This document shows, in pieces, positions 17,261 through 23,977 of a DNA stretch of 32,000 nt; the first letter of the stretch is position 1, and every line of letters begins with the position of its first letter. A program made the translations under genes and the position numbers. Origin of the DNA: Kineococcus radiotolerans SRS30216 = ATCC BAA-149 (GTDB taxonomy: Bacteria > Actinomycetota > Actinomycetes > Actinomycetales > Kineococcaceae). Location of the stretch: assembly GCF_000017305.1 (NCBI RefSeq), contig NC_009664.2, positions 3,720,001 to 3,752,000 on the forward strand, read 5' to 3'. The notes beneath the pieces are model-generated. The model did not search any database and was not told where the DNA came from. It worked only from the letters and a program-made list of their open reading frames with translations.

Positions 17261-18331
17261 ATGACCACCGCCCCCGCCCCCACGTGGCCCGGCCTGCTCA
17301 CCGAGCTCGTGGCCGGTCACGACCTCACCGCCGAGCAGGCGTCGTGGGCGATGGACCAGGTGATGCGCGGCTCGGCCGGCGACGTCCAGCTCGCCGGGTT
17401 CCTCGTCGCGCTCCGCGCCAAGGGCGAGACCAGCGCGGAGCTGACCGGCCTGGCCGAGGCGATGCTGACCCACGCCGTGCCGCTGGAGGTGCCCGGACCG
17501 ATCGTCGACCTCGTGGGCACCGGCGGGGACCGCGCGCACACCGTGAACATCTCCACGATGGCGTCGCTGGTGCTGGCCGGGGCCGGTCACCGCGTCGTCA
17601 AGCACGGCAACCGCGCCGCCTCGTCCTCCTCCGGGTCCGCCGACGTCCTCGAGGCGCTCGGGGTCCGGCTGGACCTGCCCCCCCGGCGGGTGGCGCAGCT
17701 GGCCGTCGAGGTCGGGATCACCTTCTGCTTCGCCCAGGTCTTCCACCCCGCGATGCGCTTCGCCGCCGGGGCCCGCGGCGGGCTCGGGGTGCCCACGGCG
17801 TTCAACGTCCTGGGGCCGCTGACCAACCCCGCCCGTCCCGGCGCCTCGGCCGTCGGGGTCGCCGACCGGCGCACGGCGCCGCTGGTCGCCGGCGTCCTCG
17901 CCGGCCGCCGCACCTCGGCGCTGGTCTTCCGCGGCGAGGACGGCCTCGACGAGCTCACCACGACCGGGCCCGCGCGGGTCTGGGTCGTCAGCGGGGGACG
18001 GGTGACCGAGACGGTCCTCGACGCCGTCGCCGAGCTGGGCCTGCCCCCCTGCACGCTCGCCGACCTGCGCGGGGCCGACGCCGCCCACAACGCGGGGGTC
18101 GCCCGCGAGCTGCTCGCGGGGGCCCGCGGCCCGGTGCGCGACACCGTGGTGCTCAACGCGGCGGCGGCCATGGTGGCGGCCGGGGTGCGGGCCGCGGGGT
18201 CCGCCGACGCCGACCCCGCCGCGGGGCTCGCGGACCACCTGCGCGAGGGGGTGCGCCGGGCCGAGGCCGCCCTGGACTCCGGCGCGGCCGCCGACGTCCT
18301 CGACCGGTGGGTGGCGGCCAGCGCCTCCTGA
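17261..18331 (+). CDS. trpD: Anthranilate phosphoribosyltransferase
   Basis: 356 aa: ...[12 protein letters not shown]...AM......[48 protein letters not shown]... The track ORF from 16916 is an upstream extension without coding character. Confidence 0.93.
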   Translation: MTTAPAPTWPGLLTELVAGHDLTAEQASWAMDQVMRGSAGDVQLAGFLVALRAKGETSAELTGLAEAMLTHAVPLEVPGPIVDLVGTGGDRAHTVNISTMASLVLAGAGHRVVKHGNRAASSSSGSADVLEALGVRLDLPPRRVAQLAVEVGITFCFAQVFHPAMRFAAGARGGLGVPTAFNVLGPLTNPARPGASAVGVADRRTAPLVAGVLAGRRTSALVFRGEDGLDELTTTGPARVWVVSGGRVTETVLDAVAELGLPPCTLADLRGADAAHNAGVARELLAGARGPVRDTVVLNAAAAMVAAGVRAAGSADADPAAGLADHLREGVRRAEAALDSGAAADVLDRWVAASAS

Positions 18332-18365
18332 GCGGGAGGGCCGGTCGCGGCCGGGGGCGGGACGG

Positions 18366-18644
18366 TCAGTCGAACCCGAGGGCGAAGGCCGTCTCGAGGT
18401 CGTGGCGGGAGTAGGCGCGGAAGGCGATGTTCGTCGTCGTGCCGACCACGCCCTCGACCCGGGCGATGCCCCCGGCGATGACGTCGGCCAGCCGGTCGTG
18501 CTCGCGGACCCGGACCATGACGACGAGGTCGACGTCCCCCGTCACCGAGTAGACCTCGCTGACGCCGTCGAGCTCGGCGAGCGCCTGCGCGACCTCGGGG
18601 ATGCGTCGGCCGTCGCAGTGGACGTTGACGATGGCGGTGATCAC
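18366..18644 (-). CDS. Stand-alone Lrp/AsnC-type ligand-binding (RAM) domain protein, no HTH
   Basis: 92 aa: ...EVAQALAELDGVSEVYSVTGDVDLVVMVRVREHDRLADVI...I..V.GV..T.T.IAF matches the AsnC_trans_reg effector domain. It is too short to carry the N-terminal DNA-binding domain. Confidence 0.82.
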   Translation of the reverse strand: MITAIVNVHCDGRRIPEVAQALAELDGVSEVYSVTGDVDLVVMVRVREHDRLADVIAGGIARVEGVVGTTTNIAFRAYSRHDLETAFALGFD

Positions 18645-18650
18645 GCGGTG

Positions 18651-18656
18651 AGACTA
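18651..18656 (-). promoter_or_regulatory. Candidate -10 hexamer TAGTCT, 6 nt upstream of the RAM-domain gene GTG; includes the stop codon of the upstream cho-like gene
   Basis: The minus-sense sequence reads TAGTCT-caccgc-GTG. Confidence 0.3.
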
Positions 18657-20459
18657 CTGCGCGCCCCGCAGGTGGTGCCGGGCCCAGCCCGCCCCGCGCA
18701 CCGGTGAGGCCCAGGCCACCGCCGCGCCCGCGTCACCCGCGTCGTCGTCCCCGCGCCCGTCGTCGAGGCTGACCAGCCGCACCCCCGGCTGCTCCAGCCA
18801 GCCGAGGAGGACGTCGGTCTCCTCCACCAGCAGGCCCGGGCGACCCGGCGCCGGCGGGGCGACGACCTCCCCGGTCGCGCGCAGGGCCTCGATGTGGGGC
18901 ATCGGGTCCGACCCGGCCGGGGTGACGCAGGTGCCGGCCAGCCGGCCGTAGCGGATGAGGACCACCTCCCAGCCGCCGGTGCGCCAGCCCGGGGCGGGCT
19001 CGCTGCGCCGGGCCGCGACGATCTCGGGGGTCGCCGCCACCGGGGCCCGCCGCTGGGCGCGCTCGGCGGCCGTGAGGAACGCCTCCAGCCGGTCGCGGGT
19101 GGTGGCGGCCTCCTCGTAGCGCTGCTGCCCGGCGAGCTCGCGCAGCCGCTCGCGCCCGCGGGTGAGGGCCGTCGTCGCGTCGCTGCGCAGCGCCGCCCGG
19201 ACCTCGGCCACGACCGCGGCGTAGGACTCCGCGTCCTGCCCGCCCCGCCCGGTGCCCAGGCAGGGCGCGCCGCACCGGCCGATCTCGGCCAGGACGCAGG
19301 CCCCGGGGCCCTCCCCGGTGGGGGTGCGCGGGATGCGGCGGGTGCACTGGCGCAGCGGGTGGGTCTCGTGCAGGGCCTCCACGGCGAGCTCGGCCGTGCG
19401 GGTCGAGCGGAACGGGCCGAGGTACTCCGCGCCGGCGGCGACGTCGTCGCGCACCTGCTTCACCAGCGACAGCCGGGGCCAGGCGTCGGTGGTGAGCTTC
19501 ACCCACGTCACCTTCTCGGGGGCCTTGGAGCGCCGGTTGTAGGGCGGGGCGTGCTCGGCGATGAGCCGCAGCTCGCGGACCCGCGCCTCCAGCGGGGTCT
19601 GGCAGACCACCGGGACGACGGTGCTCGCCAGCCGCACCATCTCCGTCATCCGCGGGCGGGTCTCGGAGGCGGTGAAGTAGGACGACACCCGCCGGTGCAC
19701 GTCGACGGAGGTGCCGACGTAGAGGACCCGTCCGGCGGCGTCGCGGAACTGGTACACCCCCGGCGCGGAGGGCAGCCCGACCGCCAGGTGCTTCTTCGCC
19801 CGCCGGACCGGGTTGACGGCGGTCGCGGCGAAGGCCGAGAGGTCCTCGAGGCTGTGCACCCCGCGGTTGCCGACCCGGCCCAGCAGGGCGTGCAGCACGT
19901 CGACCGTGGCGCGCGCGTCGTGCAGGGCGCGGTGGTCGGGGGTGGTCGCGGTGCCGAAGAGGCGGGCCAGCGTCCCGAGCTTGCGGTCCGGCGCCTCGTC
20001 GCGGTCGACGAGCTGGCGGGCGAGCACGACGGTGTCCACCACGCGCGGCTTGGGCCAGGGGCGCCCGGTGACCTGGCAGGCCGCCTTGAGGAAGGACGTG
20101 TCGTAGGGCGCGTTGTGCGCCACCAGCACCGTGCCGCGCTCGAACCCGGCGAACTCCAGGAACGCCGGCAGCACCTGCGCGAGGGACGGGGCGGTGGCGA
20201 CCATCCCGTTCGTGATGCCGGTGAGGACCTGGACGAAGGCGGGGATGGGGGAGCTGGGGCGCACCAGCGTCTGGAACTCCCCGAGCACCTGACCGCCGCG
20301 GACCTTCACGGCGCCGATCTCGGTGATGCCCGCGTCGGCGGGGGCGCCGCCGGTGGTCTCGAGGTCGACGACGACGAAGGTCGCGTCCGCCAGCGGCTGC
20401 CCCAGGTCCTCGAAGCTGCTCTGGAAGCCGGCCGGGGGGCCGGTGGTGCCGGTGGACAT
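18654..20459 (-). CDS. DEDD (DnaQ/epsilon-like) 3'-5' exonuclease fused to a GIY-YIG UvrC/Cho-like nuclease (Rv2191-like)
   Basis: 601 aa from the ATG at 20459. N-terminal Exo I-III motifs (FVVVDLETTGG, AHNAPYDTSFL, HRALHDA), a central GIY-YIG (GVYQFRDAAGRVLYVGTSVDVHRRVSSYF...E), then a Cys cluster (CVLAEIGRCGAPC). Confidence 0.85.
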   Translation of the reverse strand: MSTGTTGPPAGFQSSFEDLGQPLADATFVVVDLETTGGAPADAGITEIGAVKVRGGQVLGEFQTLVRPSSPIPAFVQVLTGITNGMVATAPSLAQVLPAFLEFAGFERGTVLVAHNAPYDTSFLKAACQVTGRPWPKPRVVDTVVLARQLVDRDEAPDRKLGTLARLFGTATTPDHRALHDARATVDVLHALLGRVGNRGVHSLEDLSAFAATAVNPVRRAKKHLAVGLPSAPGVYQFRDAAGRVLYVGTSVDVHRRVSSYFTASETRPRMTEMVRLASTVVPVVCQTPLEARVRELRLIAEHAPPYNRRSKAPEKVTWVKLTTDAWPRLSLVKQVRDDVAAGAEYLGPFRSTRTAELAVEALHETHPLRQCTRRIPRTPTGEGPGACVLAEIGRCGAPCLGTGRGGQDAESYAAVVAEVRAALRSDATTALTRGRERLRELAGQQRYEEAATTRDRLEAFLTAAERAQRRAPVAATPEIVAARRSEPAPGWRTGGWEVVLIRYGRLAGTCVTPAGSDPMPHIEALRATGEVVAPPAPGRPGLLVEETDVLLGWLEQPGVRLVSLDDGRGDDDAGDAGAAVAWASPVRGAGWARHHLRGAQ

Positions 20460-20466
20460 GGGAGGG

Positions 20467-20488
20467 ACCGTAGGCGGCCGGCCCGACA
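20467..20488 (-). promoter_or_regulatory. Candidate DNA-damage (RecA-NDp/PafBC-type) leaderless promoter: TGTCG-N11-TACGGT-N7-ATG
   Basis: The minus-sense sequence reads gTGTCGggccggccgccTACGGTccctcccATG. There are 12 nt between TGTC and TANNNT, as in the mycobacterial RecA-NDp consensus as I recall it (tTGTCRgtg-N8-TAnnnT). A second GTGTCG lies 16 nt further upstream. Confidence 0.4.
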
Positions 20489-20528
20489 CCGGGTCGCCGC
20501 GACACGCGGTGGCCGGTCCGGACGGGCC

Positions 20529-20534
20529 TACCCT
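20529..20534 (+). promoter_or_regulatory. Candidate -10 hexamer TACCCT, 7 nt upstream of the methyltransferase ATG (leaderless-type)
   Basis: TACCCT-gcgcgtc-ATG(20542). Confidence 0.45.
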
Positions 20535-20541
20535 GCGCGTC

Positions 20542-21309
20542 ATGGGTCTGCGGCAGACGTCCTGGCACGGCTTCTACGAGGTGCTCGCCCGCCGGGTCCG
20601 CCGGCCGGAGTGGGCCTTCATGAACTACGGCTTCGCGCCGCTGGACCCGGCCGTCCCGCTGGCGCTCGAGCCCGGCGACGAGGCGGACCGGTTCTGCATC
20701 CAGCTCTACGAGCACGTGGTCGCCGCCGACCTCACCGGCCTCGACGTCCTCGAGGTCGGGTGCGGCCGGGGCGGAGGGGCCAGCTACCTCAGCCGCTACC
20801 GCGGGCCGCGCTCGACCACGGGGGTCGACCTGGCCGCGGCGGCCGTCGCCACCTGCGCGCGGGAGCGACGCGGCCCCGGGCTGCGGTTCACGACGGGGGA
20901 CGCGCAGGCGCTGCCGTTCCCCGACGACTCCTTCGACGTCGTCGTCAACGTCGAGTCCTCGCACTGCTACAGCTCCGTCCCGCGGTTCCTGGCCGAGGTG
21001 GCCCGGGTCCTGCGCCCGGGCGGGCGGTTCTTCTGGGCCGACTTCCGCCCGGCCGGGGAGGTGGAGCGGACCCGCGCCGAGCTGCGGGCCTCGGGCCTGG
21101 CGGTCGACGCCGAGCAGGACGTCACCGCCGAGGTCGTGCGCGCCCTCGACCTCGACAGCGACCGCAAGCTCGCTCTCGTCCGGGCCTGGCTCCCGCGGGT
21201 CGCGCACCCCGGTTTCGCCCGGTTCGCCGCGCTGCCCGGCAGCAGCAGCCACCGGGCGTTCCAGGAGCGCCGGACCCGGTACCTGAGCGCCGCGCTGACC
21301 GCGCCCTGA
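20542..21309 (+). CDS. Class I SAM-dependent methyltransferase
   Basis: 255 aa with motif I VLEVGCGRGGGASYL, post-I/II DLAAAAV...GDAQALPFPDDSFDVVVNVES and motif III LRPGGRFF. The N-terminus (FMNYGF) resembles lipid/polyketide O-methyltransferases. No specific substrate can be assigned. Confidence 0.85.
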   Translation: MGLRQTSWHGFYEVLARRVRRPEWAFMNYGFAPLDPAVPLALEPGDEADRFCIQLYEHVVAADLTGLDVLEVGCGRGGGASYLSRYRGPRSTTGVDLAAAAVATCARERRGPGLRFTTGDAQALPFPDDSFDVVVNVESSHCYSSVPRFLAEVARVLRPGGRFFWADFRPAGEVERTRAELRASGLAVDAEQDVTAEVVRALDLDSDRKLALVRAWLPRVAHPGFARFAALPGSSSHRAFQERRTRYLSAALTAP

Positions 21310-21406
21310 CCGCGCCCGCCGGCGGGGTCGTGTCGGAGGTCGGTGCTCGACTGGGTGTCACCGGCCGTTACCGCGGCCGGCCCGACGACGACCTGGAGGT
21401 TCCCCG

Positions 21407-21607
21407 GTGCTCATCGACTGCGACAGCTGCACGGCCCGTCCGCGGGCGTGCCCGGAGTGCGTCGTCTCGGTCCTGCTCGGCCCCCCCGGGGAGGCGGTGC
21501 TCGACGCGGAGGAGCGGGACGCGGTGGAGGTGCTCGCGGCGTCGGGGCTCGTCCCCCCGCTGCGCCTGGCCACCGCGCGGGAGGGCCAGGGCCGCCGGGC
21601 GGGATGA
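21407..21607 (+). CDS. Small Cys4 (CxxC-x6-CxxC) hypothetical protein, 66 aa
   Basis: GTG start preceded by GGAGG at a 7-nt spacing. MLIDCDSCTARPRACPECVVSVLLG... has good GC3 usage, and the gene ends 7 nt before the next gene. Confidence 0.6.
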   Translation: MLIDCDSCTARPRACPECVVSVLLGPPGEAVLDAEERDAVEVLAASGLVPPLRLATAREGQGRRAG

Positions 21608-21614
21608 TGGCCCG

Positions 21615-22790
21615 GTGCGTCCCGGCCCGCCCCTCCCGCGCCGGGCGCTGCTGCTCCTGCCGCCGGCCCTCGCGGCGTGCTCCGGGCCCACCGCCGCCCG
21701 GGCGCCGGGACGGGCGGACGTCCAGCGCCTCCTCGACGCCCGCGCCGCCGCGCTGCTGAGCGGGGACCTGCCCGCGGCCGGGGCCGGTCACGCCGCGGCC
21801 GACCGGGCGGAGCTGCGCGCGCGCGACGCGCGGGCCCTCGCCGCGGGGCTGGCCGAGTGGGCCGTCGTCGTCGAGGGCACCGGCGCGGACCGGGTCACCG
21901 GGACCTCGCGGGTCCGCGTCCGGGGCGAGGGGCGGGCCGTCGCGGGCACCTTCCGCGCCGGCTGGGACGGGCGGCTGCGGACCTCCGAGGGGGGCACCCC
22001 GCAGCCGTGGGACCTCGGCGAGGTCGCGGCGCGGGTCGTCGAGGGCGGGGTGCTGCTCGTCGTCGGCCCCGGCGCCGGGGACGGGGGCACCACCCGGGAG
22101 GTCGTGGAGCAGGTCGCGACCGACCTCGGCGCCGCCACCGCCCGCGTCGACGCCGTCTGGGGGGCCGACTGGCCGCGGGGGACGGCCGTCGTCGTCGTGC
22201 CCGGCCCCGCCGAGGTCGCACGCCTGACCGGCCGCCCCGCCGCCCGCCTGGACGCGGTGGCGGTCGGGGCGGACGCCGCGCTGCCCGACGGGGCGCCCGC
22301 GGGGGTCCGGGTCGTGCTCCCGGTGCAGCGCTTCGCCGCGCTCACCCCCCTCGGGCGCACCATCACCCTCACCCACGAGCTGGTCCACGTCGCGACCCGC
22401 GCCACCGCCCCGGCCGCCGGGGCGGTGGTCCCGCGGTGGCTGACCGAGGGCTACGCCGACCACGTCGCCCGCCTGGACCGCGACGTCGCCGCGAGCGCGC
22501 TCGCCGCGCCCCTGCTGAGCGCCCGGGGCGTCCCGCAGGTCCCCGCCGACGCGGCCTTCGACAGCCCCGACCCCGCCGCCCTGCAGCTGGCCTACGCCGC
22601 GGCGTGGACGCTGGTGACCTCCGCGGCCCGGGGGTCGGGGACGCCCGCGGTGACGGCGCTGGTGCGGGCCGTGCGGTCGGGGACCGACCTGGAGCGGGCG
22701 TGCCGCGACGTCCTGCGCCGCCCGTTCCCCGACGTCGTGGCGACCTGGCGCGCCGACGTCGCGAGCGACCTGGTGGGGTGGGGGCCGTGA
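21615..22790 (+). CDS. Putative lipoprotein with peptidase-MA-like (gluzincin HExxH...E) domain
   Basis: GTG 21615. Signal peptide with lipobox (VRPGPPLPRRALLLLPPALAAC). TITLTHELVHVATRATAPAAGAVVPRWLTEGYADHV gives HExxH, then 19 residues, then E within WLxEGxA, the pattern I associate with Peptidase_MA_2. Only the 3' third of the 1298-aa track ORF is coding. Confidence 0.65.
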   Translation: MRPGPPLPRRALLLLPPALAACSGPTAARAPGRADVQRLLDARAAALLSGDLPAAGAGHAAADRAELRARDARALAAGLAEWAVVVEGTGADRVTGTSRVRVRGEGRAVAGTFRAGWDGRLRTSEGGTPQPWDLGEVAARVVEGGVLLVVGPGAGDGGTTREVVEQVATDLGAATARVDAVWGADWPRGTAVVVVPGPAEVARLTGRPAARLDAVAVGADAALPDGAPAGVRVVLPVQRFAALTPLGRTITLTHELVHVATRATAPAAGAVVPRWLTEGYADHVARLDRDVAASALAAPLLSARGVPQVPADAAFDSPDPAALQLAYAAAWTLVTSAARGSGTPAVTALVRAVRSGTDLERACRDVLRRPFPDVVATWRADVASDLVGWGP

Positions 22791-23977
22791 GCACGCTCGT
22801 CGTCACCAACGACTTCCCCCCGCGCACCGGAGGCATCGAGTCGTTCGTGCACGCCGTCGCGCGCCGGCTGCCCGCCCTCGGCGAGGGCGACGCCGCCCGG
22901 GTGGTCGTGCACACCGCCCGCCAGCGCGGGGACGCCGCGGTCGACGCGGCCCTGGCCGCGGAGGGGATCGTCGTCGTGCGCGACCCGTCCCCGCTGCTGG
23001 TGCCCACCCCCGGGATCGTCCGGCGGGTCCAGCGCACTGTCCGCGAGCACGGGGCCGACCGGGTGTGGTTCGGCGCCGCCGCCCCCCTGGGCCTCATGGC
23101 CCCCGCCCTGCGGGCGGCCGGGGTGGCCCGCGCGGTGGCGACCACGCACGGGCACGAGGTGTGGTGGTCCAGCCTGCCCGGCTCCCGCGCGGCGCTGCGG
23201 CGCATCGGGGAGGGCAACGACACCGTCACCTACCTCGGCGACTGGTGCCGCTCGCGCGTGGAGCGGCCCCTGACCCCCGCCGCCCGGGCCCGGATGCGCC
23301 GGCTCACCCCCGGGGTCGACGTGGCGACCTTCCGCCCGGACCCGGTCGCGCGGGCGCGGGTGCGGGCCGAGCTCGGGCTGGGGGAGCGGCCCGTCGTGGT
23401 CTGCGTGTCGCGGGTCGTGGCCCGCAAGGGGCAGGACGTCCTGGTCCGGGCGCTGCCCGAGGTCCGCCGCCGGGTGCCGGGCGCCGCGCTCCTCCTCGTC
23501 GGCGACGGCCCGCACCGCGCGGCGGTGGAGAGGCTCGCGCGGGACCTCGGGGTGGAGGCGGACGTCGTCTTCACCGGGGCGGTCCCGTGGGAGCGCGCGC
23601 CGGGGTTCTACGCCGCCGGCGACGTGTTCTGCATGCCGACCCGCACCCGTCTGGGCGGGCTGGAGCCGGAGGCCCTGGGCATCTGCTACCTCGAGGCCGC
23701 CGCCTGCGGGCTGCCCGTGGTCGCCGGGAACTCCGGCGGGGCGCCCGACGCCGTGCTCGACGGGGTCAACGGCCACGTCGTGGACGGGCGCTCGACGGAG
23801 CAGGTGGCCGCGGCCCTGGTGGGCCTGCTGCGGGACGGGGCGACCGCGGCCGGGTTCGGCGCGGCCGGGCGGGAGTGGGTCAGTCGGCGCTGGGGGTGGG
23901 AGGAGCAGGCGCGACGGCTGACGGACCTGCTGGCCGGGACCGACGTTCCCGCTGACCCGGGGCGGGAGCGGGGCTGA
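22787..23977 (+). CDS. GT4-family glycosyltransferase, PimB-like mannosyltransferase
   Basis: 396 aa. N-terminus VTNDFPPRTGGIESFV and C-terminal GT-B EX7E region (GLEPEALGICYLEAAACGLPVVAGNSGGAPD). The GTG overlaps the upstream stop (GTGA). The PimB assignment rests on family resemblance plus synteny with fadD and GT87, with no specific evidence. Confidence 0.85.
   Translation: MSTLVVTNDFPPRTGGIESFVHAVARRLPALGEGDAARVVVHTARQRGDAAVDAALAAEGIVVVRDPSPLLVPTPGIVRRVQRTVREHGADRVWFGAAAPLGLMAPALRAAGVARAVATTHGHEVWWSSLPGSRAALRRIGEGNDTVTYLGDWCRSRVERPLTPAARARMRRLTPGVDVATFRPDPVARARVRAELGLGERPVVVCVSRVVARKGQDVLVRALPEVRRRVPGAALLLVGDGPHRAAVERLARDLGVEADVVFTGAVPWERAPGFYAAGDVFCMPTRTRLGGLEPEALGICYLEAAACGLPVVAGNSGGAPDAVLDGVNGHVVDGRSTEQVAAALVGLLRDGATAAGFGAAGREWVSRRWGWEEQARRLTDLLAGTDVPADPGRERG

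Noticed and set aside
20460-20541. LexA/SOS (Cheo-type GAAC-N4-GTTC) box upstream of the cho-like gene
   Set aside because: No GAAC...GTTC dyad is present in the intergenic region. The TGTCG-N11-TACGGT motif fits the LexA-independent promoter class instead.
18894-22790. 1298-aa plus-strand ORF spanning the cho-like gene, the methyltransferase and beyond
   Set aside because: Upstream of about 21615 the translation is Arg/Gly/Pro/Ala-rich junk that overlaps well-supported genes on both strands. Only the last 391 codons (from GTG 21615, with a lipoprotein signal peptide) look coding.
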